Assembly (NCBI GenBank): GCA_964628105.1
Contig: CAZVLT010000001.1
Location: forward strand, 6,073-70,072
Direction of reading: 5' to 3'
DNA: 64,000 nt
Source: an uncultured Woeseiaceae bacterium
GTDB lineage: Bacteria > Pseudomonadota > Gammaproteobacteria > Steroidobacterales > Woeseiaceae
Shown here: positions 27,709-37,368 of the stretch, piece after piece
How positions within the stretch are numbered: position 1 is the first letter of the stretch
How the letters are laid out: each line of letters begins with the position of its first letter
The notes under the pieces: generated by a model
What the model saw: the letters and a program-made list of their open reading frames with translations, nothing else
Told to the model about the DNA's origin: nothing
Databases searched by the model: none
Made by a program: the position numbers and the translations under genes

Positions 27709-28452
27709 ATGACAACGCCAATCTGTCTGTGGTCCGGTCCACGCAATATTTCAACCGCATTGATGTACAGCTTTGCGCAGCGACCAGACGTGCGCGTAAT
27801 CGACGAGCCATTGTACGGGCACTACCTGCGTGTCACAGGTGCCGGTCACCCGGGCCGCGACGAAATCCTGGAAACAATGAATTGCGATGGCAATGCAGTC
27901 ATGTGTGAATTGCTGGCCCGGCAGGTGAACAACGCGACGCCTAGACTATTCCTGAAACACATGGCCCACCACCTCGTCGATCTGGACCTGGGTTTTTTGC
28001 AGGAGACGTGCAATATTTTTCTGCTACGCGATCCACGGGAAATGCTGCCCTCGCTGACCATCCAGCTACCCAATGCCGGGCTCGCGGACACCGGCCTGAA
28101 GCGACAGTGGCAATTGTTCAACGATTTGAGGAGCGCCGGACAGCACCCGGTCATTCTGGACTCACGGGAACTGTTGCTCGATCCGCGCGGCGTTTTACGA
28201 CAGCTGTGCCAGCATCTTGACCTCGAATTCGATGCACGTATGTTGCTTTGGGAGGCCGCGCCCAGACCAGAGGACGGAATTTGGGCGCGGCACTGGTATC
28301 ACGCCGTGCACAAAAGTACCGGATTTGCGCCATATGAGCGTAAGCACGGATTTCCCGATCACCTTCAGGACTTGCTGCTTGACTGCAAACCCTGGTACGA
28401 CAAACTATTCGAATACGCGCTGCGCGCCGATTCAGCAGGAGAAGACAAGTGA
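27709..28452 (+). CDS. Sulfotransferase-fold-like protein of unknown function
   Basis: Starts MTTPICLWSGPRNISTALMYSFAQRPDVRVIDEPLYGHYL. ATG 27709 is chosen over the longer ORF from 27607. GTGA overlap with the downstream aminotransferase. Confidence 0.55.
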   Translation: MTTPICLWSGPRNISTALMYSFAQRPDVRVIDEPLYGHYLRVTGAGHPGRDEILETMNCDGNAVMCELLARQVNNATPRLFLKHMAHHLVDLDLGFLQETCNIFLLRDPREMLPSLTIQLPNAGLADTGLKRQWQLFNDLRSAGQHPVILDSRELLLDPRGVLRQLCQHLDLEFDARMLLWEAAPRPEDGIWARHWYHAVHKSTGFAPYERKHGFPDHLQDLLLDCKPWYDKLFEYALRADSAGEDK

Positions 28453-29348
28453 ACCTACCCGATCCACGCAATGCTGACATTCTCGTGCATGTCGGTGGCG
28501 AGCTACGACCTCGCGCGGAGGCGAGCGTCTCGGTTTTCGACAGTGTCGTGCAGGGCGGCGACGCCGTTTGGGAGGGCCTGCGCGTGTACAACGGTCGTAT
28601 CGCGGAACTGGACGGCCATCTTGAGCGGCTGCAGAACTCGGCAAAGACGCTGGCGTTCGCCGCCGTACCGACATCAGATGAGGTGCGCTCCGCCATTTTC
28701 GCAACGCTGCAAGCTAATGGCATGCGTGACAACGTCCACATTCGACTCACGCTGACCCGCGGCGAAAAAATCACCTCCGGGATGAATCCGCGACTTAATC
28801 AGTCCGGTTGCACGCTGATCGTACTCGCCGAGTGGAAACCACCGGTGTACGCGGACGCAGGCATACGAGTAATTACGGCATCAACAAGACGCAATTCACC
28901 CGCATGCCTGGACTCGAAAATCCATCACAATAACCTGCTCAATAACATCCTGGCCTCGATAGAAGCCAATGTTGCAGGCGTTGATAGTGCAATCATGCTG
29001 GATGTCAATGGTTTCATCTCTGAGACGAATGACACCAATCTGTTTCTCGTCAAGGATGGTCACGTCCTGACCCCGAACGCAGACAGCTGCTTACCAGGCC
29101 TCACCCGACAAATGATAATCCGCATCTGCGCCGACCAGAATATCGAGGTGACAGAACGCAACCTTTCGCTTACGGAGTTGTATACGGCCGACGAAGTATT
29201 CACCAGCGGCACGATGGGCGAACTGACGCCGGTACTCGAAGCGGATGGTAGGGTAATCGGTGACGGGACTGTTGGCCGGATGACCAGGCGATTGCAAAAA
29301 TTGCATGCCGATTTCGCTTTTGCCAACGGCTCGCCTTTGCCATTTTGA
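28449..29348 (+). CDS. Class IV (fold-type IV) PLP aminotransferase, BCAT / D-amino-acid aminotransferase / ADC-lyase family
   Basis: 299 aa. EGLRVYNG, catalytic-Lys region LDSKIHHNNLLNNI, ETNDTNLFLV, EVFTSGT motifs. Confidence 0.8.
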   Translation: MNLPDPRNADILVHVGGELRPRAEASVSVFDSVVQGGDAVWEGLRVYNGRIAELDGHLERLQNSAKTLAFAAVPTSDEVRSAIFATLQANGMRDNVHIRLTLTRGEKITSGMNPRLNQSGCTLIVLAEWKPPVYADAGIRVITASTRRNSPACLDSKIHHNNLLNNILASIEANVAGVDSAIMLDVNGFISETNDTNLFLVKDGHVLTPNADSCLPGLTRQMIIRICADQNIEVTERNLSLTELYTADEVFTSGTMGELTPVLEADGRVIGDGTVGRMTRRLQKLHADFAFANGSPLPF

Positions 29349-30917
29349 TCAGCTGCCCGCGAAGTAACGGTCCAGGTACTCGTCGAGGTCGATTGCATCG
29401 GAAGCTTCGATTTCCGCCTGCCGCTGCAGCGAAGATTTCGCCTCCTGAACGAAGTTGGCGTTTGTTGCGTCGTCAAGGGGCGTAATTGACGCGAAGTAGT
29501 CGCGGTGACTCTCTGCCATGGATAGCGCAAAGTGGAAGAAACTATTATCCGCCGACTCCAGTTCTGCCAGCACACGCGCTGACGGGGTCAGTTCCGGGGT
29601 ATCAACGAGTTTCCGCATAAAATGCACGGCGTCCGCGTAACTATGTTCGTCGTCGCGGCAGTCGACGGCCTCTGCAACTGCGAGCACCTTATCCAATATT
29701 TCGTGGGCCCATGCCTTGATCGCTATCGGTGCAGCCTTTCGATGCAACTGAAAATCCGGATCGCGTCCTCGCTTGGCGGTTTCCGTCTGGTTGCGACCGA
29801 TCTCGTCAAGCTCCTTGCTTTCAAGCTTCGGGCTGGTCTCCAGGAGGCAATAGATCAGAAACGCCTCCATGAATCGCATGGTATTTTGATTGATGCCGCA
29901 AGGGTCGAAGACGTTAATGTCCAATGACCGAATTTCGACATATTCGATGCCGCCACGACGCAGCGCGGCAGTCGGCCGCTCACCTGAATTCGCGACGCGT
30001 TTGGGGCGAACCGGCGAGTAATATTCATTTTCGATCTGTAACAGATTCGCGTTGAGCTGCCGGTAGCTGCCATCAATCTTTACACCGATTTTCTCGTATG
30101 CCGGTTCTGGCGTTTCTATCATGCCACTCAAGTCGCTCACATACTCATCAAGGCTGTTGAGGGAAATTTTGATTCTGGACTGATTTTGATTGCTATAGCC
30201 GAGGTCACTCATTCGCAACGAAGTACCATAGGGCTCGAAATAGGTTTCGTCGTTGAGAGATGTCAACTTGGACGCATCGGCGGCAGCGAATGATTTGCAC
30301 AGGGCAGGCGACGCGCCAAAAAGATACAGGACCAGCCAGCCCATGCGGCGGAAATTTCGAATGAGGCCGAGATAATGTTCCGACCGGAAAACGATCTCGT
30401 CCTGATCGTCGCCGAGTATCTGTTTGTACGACGGCCAAAACTTGTCGGGAATTGAGTAATTGAAATGTACGCCAGCGATAGTTTGCATTTGGCGGCCATA
30501 GCGATATCCGAGGCCACGGCGGTAGATCGTCTTCATCCGCCCAACATTTGAGGTTCCGTATCGGGCGAGCGGAATTTGATCGTCCCCTGGTACGCGGCAC
30601 GGCATGCTCGACGGCCAGAGCATTTCGTCATCGAGTTGCGAGTACGTGAATTGATGTAGATCACATATGCAGTGCAACGCCTCCCAGGTCATTGCGAACG
30701 CCGGCGTGACAAATTCCAGCAACGCCTCGGAAAAATCGGTCGTGACAAATTGATTGGTCAGGGCAGATCCCAGGCCTCGCGGATGGGGCTGCTGCGACAA
30801 ACATCCATTCGCACTAATGCGCAGAGACTCTTTCTCGATTCCCTTCAAACCGCCGTAGAGCAGGTCGCCGCCCGCGGCTACGATTGCACTGAGGCGCGTA
30901 TCAAATCCCTGTTTCAA
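29349..30917 (-). CDS. gshA: Glutamate--cysteine ligase (proteobacterial type)
   Basis: 522 aa. LKGIEKESLRI N-terminal signature, AGVHFNYS, YLGLIRNFRR. Collinear with E. coli GshA. Confidence 0.9.
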   Translation of the reverse strand: MKQGFDTRLSAIVAAGGDLLYGGLKGIEKESLRISANGCLSQQPHPRGLGSALTNQFVTTDFSEALLEFVTPAFAMTWEALHCICDLHQFTYSQLDDEMLWPSSMPCRVPGDDQIPLARYGTSNVGRMKTIYRRGLGYRYGRQMQTIAGVHFNYSIPDKFWPSYKQILGDDQDEIVFRSEHYLGLIRNFRRMGWLVLYLFGASPALCKSFAAADASKLTSLNDETYFEPYGTSLRMSDLGYSNQNQSRIKISLNSLDEYVSDLSGMIETPEPAYEKIGVKIDGSYRQLNANLLQIENEYYSPVRPKRVANSGERPTAALRRGGIEYVEIRSLDINVFDPCGINQNTMRFMEAFLIYCLLETSPKLESKELDEIGRNQTETAKRGRDPDFQLHRKAAPIAIKAWAHEILDKVLAVAEAVDCRDDEHSYADAVHFMRKLVDTPELTPSARVLAELESADNSFFHFALSMAESHRDYFASITPLDDATNANFVQEAKSSLQRQAEIEASDAIDLDEYLDRYFAGS

Positions 30918-31094
30918 ATCAAATCCTTTGGCTGCATGTCAACGTGCTGGGTCCGCATGTTGTTTTACCATAACCGCCCCGCCTGCGTCCGTTGGCTACA
31001 CTATCCGCGAATCGCATTCCGACTAACAAATACCCGGGTCTGCGAGTAGTATTCGGACTGAAATTCCTGTTCTCCTACTCGAAGCGGTAGCTGC

Positions 31095-31490
31095 ATGAAT
31101 GATTCCAAGCTCAGGCGAGTTCGCGATCGATCGACGGGCACCGCGACCCTTATTAATGACGGCTGCAAGATCAGCGGCACGATCACAGGTAGCGGCGACT
31201 ACTTGATTAATGGAGAGGTCGACGGCGACTGCGATATCAACGGCTCCGTTACGCTGGCACACAATGGGCTGTGGCAAGGCACAATCAGCGCTGACGACAT
31301 CATCATCGCGGGACATGTCGAAGGCGACATTAAAGCAAGAGGTAAAGTCGAAATAACCACCTCGGCCAAGATAAGCGGCACAATAACCGCTGAGGCCATC
31401 GCTGTGGCGGAAGGTGCTGTTGTCGAGGGCGTGATGAAAACGACCGGGCAGAATGAACCTTATGAATTCGTTGAGAAGCGCGACGCCTAG
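31095..31490 (+). CDS. Bactofilin-family (polymer-forming cytoskeletal) protein
   Basis: 131 aa beta-helix repeat pattern: I.G.I.G.GD..I.G.V.GD ... AKISGTITAEAIAVAEGAVVEG. Confidence 0.85.
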   Translation: MNDSKLRRVRDRSTGTATLINDGCKISGTITGSGDYLINGEVDGDCDINGSVTLAHNGLWQGTISADDIIIAGHVEGDIKARGKVEITTSAKISGTITAEAIAVAEGAVVEGVMKTTGQNEPYEFVEKRDA

Positions 31491-31587
31491 GCATTCGCTT
31501 TATTAGTCCGAGTCGGAAATTTTTGTTCCAGTATAGCCGGCGGATGCTACACTGAACGCTGCTTCACGGCCGCATAATAATTACGAC

Positions 31588-34038
31588 ATGATCGGCAACA
31601 GATTTCCGCGTTTGCTACTGCCCGCGGTGACGCTCGGCGTCGCCGTGTCATTTATCATGTTGTCGGTTTTTTACGGCCAGTATCGTTGGCTCGCAAAGCA
31701 GATTGTGACCACGAGTTCAGCGCAACACGACCTGTTATTAGAAGACAGTTTCGAACAGCGTGCCCAGTCTGAAGTGGCCGGCGCCGCAGGTCGGATTGCG
31801 ACGGCGGCGATGGAAAACGACCGGTCAGCTTTGCTCAAAGCATTGAACGGCACGCTGCTCGAAAATGAAGACCTGGTCGGTATTCACTACACCGATAAGT
31901 CGCAGCGCTCATTTACGGTCGGCGAACTTCCCGCCGGCGCGGATCCAACGACGACGACATGGTTTGCTGAAAATCTTGTCGTCGTTTCGCCTGTCTTTAT
32001 TGACGGCGTAGAAATCGGCGTGATAGCGGCTGCCTTCGAACTCGGTGGCTTACGCGCCAGGTCCGAAAGATTCACAGCTCAACTTGTGACAGCTGAAGTC
32101 GAAAGCCGACGCGTCAGCTACATTTGGGCAGGAGCCGGTACGCTGGCTGCCCTGCTGCTTTGCAGCGGCGTCGTGTTGCTGGTCGCTCGTAATCAAACAA
32201 GGCGCATCAGGCAGCTCAAGGTCCAGGCGGAAAAATTGCGCGATGCCGACTTTGGCGAGGTCCTGCCTGTGTCCCGTGATGACGAACTGGGAGACCTGGC
32301 CGCCATCTTCAATGATATGCGAGACAGACTGCGATCTACTACGCACTCGCGGGACTACGTTGATAGCATTCTTTCAGGAATGAATGAAGCCATTATCGTT
32401 ACCTCACATGATGGCAAGATTACGCGGATCAACAGGGCTACAACTCATCTTGTCGGCTATGAAGAACATGAATTGCTGGATACAAGCATCGACTTTATTG
32501 TCAACACGAGAAAAAGTCGTTCGCTGGCAGATGAAGAACCGTTCGGCCTGCCGAGGGAAGCAATATTTGAAAGCAAGTTTGGGGAGTCGATTCCAGTATC
32601 CTATACATGCTCTGTTGTCGAGAACGGTGACGGGTCGAGTACCAGTCGAATCTATGCCGCACAAAACATCAGCGAGCGGCAACGGGCGGAAAAACGAATC
32701 CGCTACCTCGCTCGTATCGATCCGCTAACAAAAATTCCAAACCGCATGCAGATTCAGCACCTGTTGCAACGCGGTATTGCACGTGCAAGGCGCGCGGGAG
32801 AATCGCTGTGCCTGTTCTATCTGGACATCGATCACTTTAAGGAAATAAATGATACGTTCGGCCATTTGGCCGGCGACACTACGCTCGAAACGGTAGCCGA
32901 GCGATTGAAAACAGCATTGCCGGAGCACTCCACAATCGGCCGGCTCGCCGGCGATGAGTTTGCCGTCATCGTAAACAGTCTGCGACCCGACGACGCCGGC
33001 ATTGTTGCGACGAGTGACCTCGCGCGAAAACTCCTGAATCGTCTCGCCGACCCTTTCTTCGTGCAGGGTCATGAGGTCTTCATGACTGCGAGCATGGGCA
33101 TTGCATACTATCCGAAAGACGCCGCGAACGTGATCGACCTGATTCGCAATGCCGATGCGGCGCTGTATCACTCCAAGAATGCCGACGGCAATGTTTTTTC
33201 ATTGTATGCACCAAAAATGAACGAGGCGTCGGTCGAACGCCTCATGACCAAGAGCAAACTTAAGCGCGCATTCGAGCGTGACGAATTGCTGGTGCACTAC
33301 CAGCCGAAATACAACCTCGAAACTGGCGAAGTCTTCGGGGCCGAGGCGCTGGTACGCTGGGATCTGCCCGACCGTGGCCTGATATTGCCCTCGGACTTCA
33401 TTCCCATCGCCGAGGAGACGGGGCTGATTGTCGAGATCGGTGAATGGGTTCTGGATAAGGTTTGCGAAGATTTCAGAATCTGGCAAAGATCTGTCTCGTC
33501 GCCTGGTCGTGTTTCTGTAAATCTCTCGCTGAAGCAATTACGACAGCTGAATTTTATTAGCCGTATTAGTTCAATACTTCGCAGTCACGAGATATCGCCT
33601 ACTTCGCTGGAGCTTGAGATCACTGAGACGACCTTAATGGAAAATCCGGAGCGCACAATTAAGTTGCTCGATCAGCTGTATGGCCTCGGCCTGCATCTGG
33701 CGATCGACGATTTCGGCACTGGTTACTCATCGCTAAGTGCGCTTCAACAGTTCCCGATCAGCACCCTCAAGATTGACAAGTCGTTTGTACGTAACGTCGT
33801 TACAAACCCGGACGACGCGACGATTGTCGACACCATCATTCAGATGGGCCGCAATATGCATATGGACGTCGTCGCCGAAGGCGTTGAGGAGGAAGCGCAG
33901 TTGATTTTCTTGCAAAAACTCGGATGTACCTATGTTCAGGGGTTGCTATTCGGCGATCCGATGAGCTCAGACAACTACCTTGAACTGCTGCTCGCACAGG
34001 CCGAGGGCACCGATACATACAGGGCGCTATTCGCCTGA
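31588..34038 (+). CDS. Membrane sensor with periplasmic domain-HAMP-PAS-GGDEF(AGDEF)-EAL
   Basis: Two TM segments flank a ~150 aa loop. HAMP (RIRQLKVQAEKLRDADFGE), PAS (GMNEAIIVTSHDGKITRIN), RLAGDEFAV, EALVRW, DDFGTGYSSL, KIDKSFV. Confidence 0.9.
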   Translation: MIGNRFPRLLLPAVTLGVAVSFIMLSVFYGQYRWLAKQIVTTSSAQHDLLLEDSFEQRAQSEVAGAAGRIATAAMENDRSALLKALNGTLLENEDLVGIHYTDKSQRSFTVGELPAGADPTTTTWFAENLVVVSPVFIDGVEIGVIAAAFELGGLRARSERFTAQLVTAEVESRRVSYIWAGAGTLAALLLCSGVVLLVARNQTRRIRQLKVQAEKLRDADFGEVLPVSRDDELGDLAAIFNDMRDRLRSTTHSRDYVDSILSGMNEAIIVTSHDGKITRINRATTHLVGYEEHELLDTSIDFIVNTRKSRSLADEEPFGLPREAIFESKFGESIPVSYTCSVVENGDGSSTSRIYAAQNISERQRAEKRIRYLARIDPLTKIPNRMQIQHLLQRGIARARRAGESLCLFYLDIDHFKEINDTFGHLAGDTTLETVAERLKTALPEHSTIGRLAGDEFAVIVNSLRPDDAGIVATSDLARKLLNRLADPFFVQGHEVFMTASMGIAYYPKDAANVIDLIRNADAALYHSKNADGNVFSLYAPKMNEASVERLMTKSKLKRAFERDELLVHYQPKYNLETGEVFGAEALVRWDLPDRGLILPSDFIPIAEETGLIVEIGEWVLDKVCEDFRIWQRSVSSPGRVSVNLSLKQLRQLNFISRISSILRSHEISPTSLELEITETTLMENPERTIKLLDQLYGLGLHLAIDDFGTGYSSLSALQQFPISTLKIDKSFVRNVVTNPDDATIVDTIIQMGRNMHMDVVAEGVEEEAQLIFLQKLGCTYVQGLLFGDPMSSDNYLELLLAQAEGTDTYRALFA

Positions 34039-34127
34039 CTTCACTCCGCACCAGCAACGTGATTAAATTGCCATAGCACCCATAACCGCTAATTGTTAGT
34101 CACCCTATTCTGGATGAAGCGAACACC

Positions 34128-34490
34128 ATGAACAGATTTACTGTAGCAGCCGTTGCCATGGCACTATTTCTTTCGGCCCCAGCGGTACTTGCCTGCGAAT
34201 ACCCATTCCGCCCAGCCGATTTGCCGGACGGCACCACGGCCTCCCAGGATGAAATGTTCGTCGGAGTGAAGGCGATAAACGCCTACCAGGTCGCGATGCA
34301 GGTATACCTGGAATGCATTGACGCGGACGAGCTTGTCGCCGTGGCCACCTTTGACGATGCCGACAAAAAGGTGAAGAAAAAGCGCACCATAATGTTCAAT
34401 AAGAAATACAACGCTGCGGTCGACGAAATGACTCTTATTGTGGAAGAGTTCAACGCGCAAATACGCATTTACAAACAGCGCTCAAACTAG
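34128..34490 (+). CDS. Small exported protein (120 aa), unknown function
   Basis: Signal peptide MNRFTVAAVAMALFLSAPAVLA, followed by CEYP. Two Cys in the mature part and a Lys-rich C-terminal half. Confidence 0.55.
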   Translation: MNRFTVAAVAMALFLSAPAVLACEYPFRPADLPDGTTASQDEMFVGVKAINAYQVAMQVYLECIDADELVAVATFDDADKKVKKKRTIMFNKKYNAAVDEMTLIVEEFNAQIRIYKQRSN

Positions 34491-34511
34491 ACGCGAAACA
34501 GCAAGACCCGA

Positions 34512-34733
34512 TTACTGGAGGTTGTCGATCTCCCTGCCCAGATCGTGCTTGTTTTCCGTGACGATGCGTTCCAGAACCCTGATGCGCTCCTCAAGCAAAT
34601 CTATCTTGGCGAGCGAGTCCTCAAGTTCCTGATCAGGTTTTCTTTTGTCATGCTTCATTTTCATATACTTCTGATAAGTATCCGCTGTAAATACGATCGC
34701 GACGATGCAGACGATCCAGAAAAAATTACTCAT
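34512..34733 (-). CDS. pspB: PspB-like small membrane protein
   Basis: 73 aa. One N-terminal TM plus a C-terminal helix EERIRVLERIV, resembling E. coli PspB RERIQALESIL. Last gene of the psp operon. Confidence 0.55.
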   Translation of the reverse strand: MSNFFWIVCIVAIVFTADTYQKYMKMKHDKRKPDQELEDSLAKIDLLEERIRVLERIVTENKHDLGREIDNLQ

Positions 34734-34761
34734 TGACGGTTCCCTATGCGTATTCCGTTAA

Positions 34762-35151
34762 TCAAAGCCTGCGCAATTCCTGCTCGAGTTGAAAGCGCTT
34801 CGACGTGACGTGTTTTTCCAGCCTGGCAAGCCGTTTGTCGAGAGACTGGTAACGCCGTCGCACTTCATCGGCCGTCGCTGACGATGATGGTGTCCTGCGT
34901 GCTTGTTCTTTCTCTTTTTCCGTAGCGTGATCGTATACCCTGCTCGACGACGACGGGATTAAGAAAACCGCTGCAAGATAGCCTATTACGACAATCGGCA
35001 TGGCCATTAGGAATGCTATAAACGCCAGAAAACGCGTCACTTTCAGGTTGAAGCCCAGGTAGCCGGCGAGGCCGGCACACACACCACCTAGCACCGCGCG
35101 ATCTGCATCGCGGTAAAAACGCCGCTCAGATGTTGCCCCCAGGGTGCTCAT
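34762..35151 (-). CDS. pspC: Envelope stress response membrane protein PspC
   Basis: PspC domain GGVCAGLAGYL. The C-terminal leucine-zipper region RLARLEKHVTSKRFQLEQELRRL matches the E. coli PspC tail RLREMERYVTSDTFTLRREFRNL. Confidence 0.85.
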   Translation of the reverse strand: MSTLGATSERRFYRDADRAVLGGVCAGLAGYLGFNLKVTRFLAFIAFLMAMPIVVIGYLAAVFLIPSSSSRVYDHATEKEKEQARRTPSSSATADEVRRRYQSLDKRLARLEKHVTSKRFQLEQELRRL

Positions 35152-35453
35152 GAATGCCTCCAGGTATCGCGCCGGTAGTCCGACCTGTAGGTACGCCAGA
35201 AGTTATTCTCTGTATTGCCTCCGGAGTAGACAAGCGGCTTTTCCTTGATGAGTATCGTTGCACCGAGATAGACAGCCGCGGTCAACCAGAAAAACAGCAA
35301 TAGACTAATGACCGCTATGACCCTGACGGTACCCACGCGAAAATTGAAGCGATCCGCAATCCCGGCACATACGCCGAATATCCAGCCACTCTCACGATCT
35401 CTGTAAAAACCGCGAAAGGTTCCATAGTCAATGTTCCAGGTATCCCGACTCAT
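35148..35453 (-). CDS. Second PspC-domain membrane protein (short, no zipper tail)
   Basis: 101 aa. GWIFGVCAGIADRF PspC-domain motif plus TM. ATGA overlap with pspC. Confidence 0.75.
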   Translation of the reverse strand: MSRDTWNIDYGTFRGFYRDRESGWIFGVCAGIADRFNFRVGTVRVIAVISLLLFFWLTAAVYLGATILIKEKPLVYSGGNTENNFWRTYRSDYRRDTWRHS

Positions 35454-35480
35454 CCTACCCTCCTCTGTGGTCGATGATGA

Positions 35481-36167
35481 TTACTTCGCCTCCTCGTGTT
35501 CGCTGCTGGCGGCCGCAACACGACGTTTTAAAGCATCCAACTCCGCATTCACGGACTCTTCAGCCTCCAGGCCGGCGAATTCGTGATGCAGATCCTTGGG
35601 AAGACCCAGATCGTACGCCTCTACCCTGCCTTCAACGTCGTCAATTCGGCGCGTGTACTGTTCGAACCGCACCATTGCATCATCGATCTTGTAGTCGTAA
35701 ATCTTCTTGCGCGCCTGCAGACGACTGCTGGCAGTTTTGTGCCTCGCCAGCAACGCTTTCTGCCTGACCTTTGCGTCTTCTAGTTTGCTTTCCAGGCGCG
35801 CAATATCTTCATTGAGTTTCGCGAGTCCTTCATCAACGATGTTGTAGTCCTGCTTCAATATATCGACCGCCGTCGCAACGCGAGATTTTTCGACCAGCGC
35901 TGCCTTGGCGAGATCCTCACGATCTTTGCGCAACGCGAGCTCCGCTTTGTCATCCCAGCCGCCAAGCTCACGCTCGAACGTTTCGATCTTTCGATTGAGA
36001 TCTTTCTTGTCCGCGATTGAACGAGCCGCGGCTGATCGTACCTCAACCAGCGTGTCCTCCATTTCCTGGATCATCAAGCGGACGATCTTCTCCGGGTCCT
36101 CGGCCTTATCGAGAATCGCGTTGATATTGGAGTTCACGATGTCACTGAATCTCGTGAATATGCCCAT
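35481..36167 (-). CDS. pspA: Phage shock protein A
   Basis: MGIFTRFSDIVNSNINAILDKAEDPEKIVRLMIQEMEDTLVEVRS is the canonical PspA N-terminus. ATG 36167 is preceded by AAGAGGAAAG. Coiled-coil throughout. Confidence 0.92.
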   Translation of the reverse strand: MGIFTRFSDIVNSNINAILDKAEDPEKIVRLMIQEMEDTLVEVRSAAARSIADKKDLNRKIETFERELGGWDDKAELALRKDREDLAKAALVEKSRVATAVDILKQDYNIVDEGLAKLNEDIARLESKLEDAKVRQKALLARHKTASSRLQARKKIYDYKIDDAMVRFEQYTRRIDDVEGRVEAYDLGLPKDLHHEFAGLEAEESVNAELDALKRRVAAASSEHEEAK

Positions 36168-36205
36168 GGATCTTTCCTCTTTTCGGTGAAACCTGCTCAT
36201 AGTGC

Positions 36206-36221
36206 TGCAGCTATCGTGCCA
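36206..36221 (-). promoter_or_regulatory. Sigma54 (-24/-12) promoter of pspA
   Basis: The minus strand reads TGGCACGATAGCTGCA (consensus TGGCAC-N5-TTGCA). It is about 40 nt upstream of the pspA ATG and faces away from the divergent pspF. Confidence 0.8.
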
Positions 36222-36353
36222 ACAGTCCGTCTGGATCATAACTCTTTGTTTTACATCGATTAAATGCCAATCGACGGATATTCCTGGGTCGTCAAATATG
36301 GCTAATTTAGCTATCTATTAGCTTTATTCGTTACTTTTTGGTTTAATTGACTA

Positions 36354-37364
36354 ATGTCAGCACCCGCTCAATCGACGCAAATTATCGGCGAGGCACCGGC
36401 GTTTCTTGAAATGTTGGAGCATGTATCCCGCGCCGCAACTCTTTCCAAGCCGGTATTGGTCCTTGGAGAGCGAGGCACCGGCAAGGAACTCATCGCCTCA
36501 CGCCTGCACTATTTGTCTCTGCGCTGGGAGCAGGTAGTCGTAAAGGTCAACTGCGCCGCCTTGACCGAGTCGATCCTGGAGTCGGAACTGTTTGGTCACG
36601 AGGCTGGGGCCTTCACCGGTGCGGCAAAGACCCATGTCGGTCATTTCGAGAGAGCCGATGGTGGCACGCTGATTCTTGACGAGCTTGCTACGATTTCTTT
36701 GCGTATGCAGGAAAAGATTCTGCGCGCGATCGAGTATGGCGAAATTCAACGTGTCGGTGGTAACGAGACGTTGCAGGTAGATGTTCGTATTGTCGGCTCG
36801 AGCAACGCAGATTTGCAGGTGCTTGCGGCGGATGGACTGTTTCGCAAAGACCTGTTGGACCGGCTCGCATTCGACGTAATCACAATCCCCCCACTGCGTG
36901 AAAGAGTTGAGGACATAATGCCCCTGGCGCACGCTTTCGCAATAAATATGGCGAGCGAACTGAAATGGAGCTACTTCCCGGGATTCGGCTCCCGCATATC
37001 GTCCGCGTTGTTGCGTAACAAATGGCCAGGCAATGTGCGTGAACTCAAGAACACCATAGAGCGAACAATTTATCGATCGCCTGACCCGGAATCGCCGATT
37101 ACCAGCCTGGCAATTGACCCGTTCGACTCGCCGTTCAGGATCGCAGCGGCCAAGACGGTAAAATTGCAGCCCGGAGCAACGCGCCTGCCGCCATTGTTGC
37201 CGGCGGACCTGAAACAACGGTTGATCGATACAGAGGTTGACTTGCTACAGGCAGCGCTTGAGAAGACGCGCTTCAATCAGAGGAAGGCGGCAGTGCTGCT
37301 TGGACTGAACTACCATCAGTTCCGGGCCAGGCTGCGAAAATTCAATATTCGCAGCAAACCCTGA
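36354..37364 (+). CDS. pspF: Sigma54-dependent activator PspF (AAA+ domain plus HTH, no receiver domain)
   Basis: GERGTGKE Walker A, ESELFGHEAGAFTGA (GAFTGA loop), C-terminal HTH NQRKAAVLLGLNYHQFRARL. Starts directly with the AAA+ domain, as PspF does. Confidence 0.9.
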   Translation: MSAPAQSTQIIGEAPAFLEMLEHVSRAATLSKPVLVLGERGTGKELIASRLHYLSLRWEQVVVKVNCAALTESILESELFGHEAGAFTGAAKTHVGHFERADGGTLILDELATISLRMQEKILRAIEYGEIQRVGGNETLQVDVRIVGSSNADLQVLAADGLFRKDLLDRLAFDVITIPPLRERVEDIMPLAHAFAINMASELKWSYFPGFGSRISSALLRNKWPGNVRELKNTIERTIYRSPDPESPITSLAIDPFDSPFRIAAAKTVKLQPGATRLPPLLPADLKQRLIDTEVDLLQAALEKTRFNQRKAAVLLGLNYHQFRARLRKFNIRSKP

Positions 37365-37368
37365 CACA

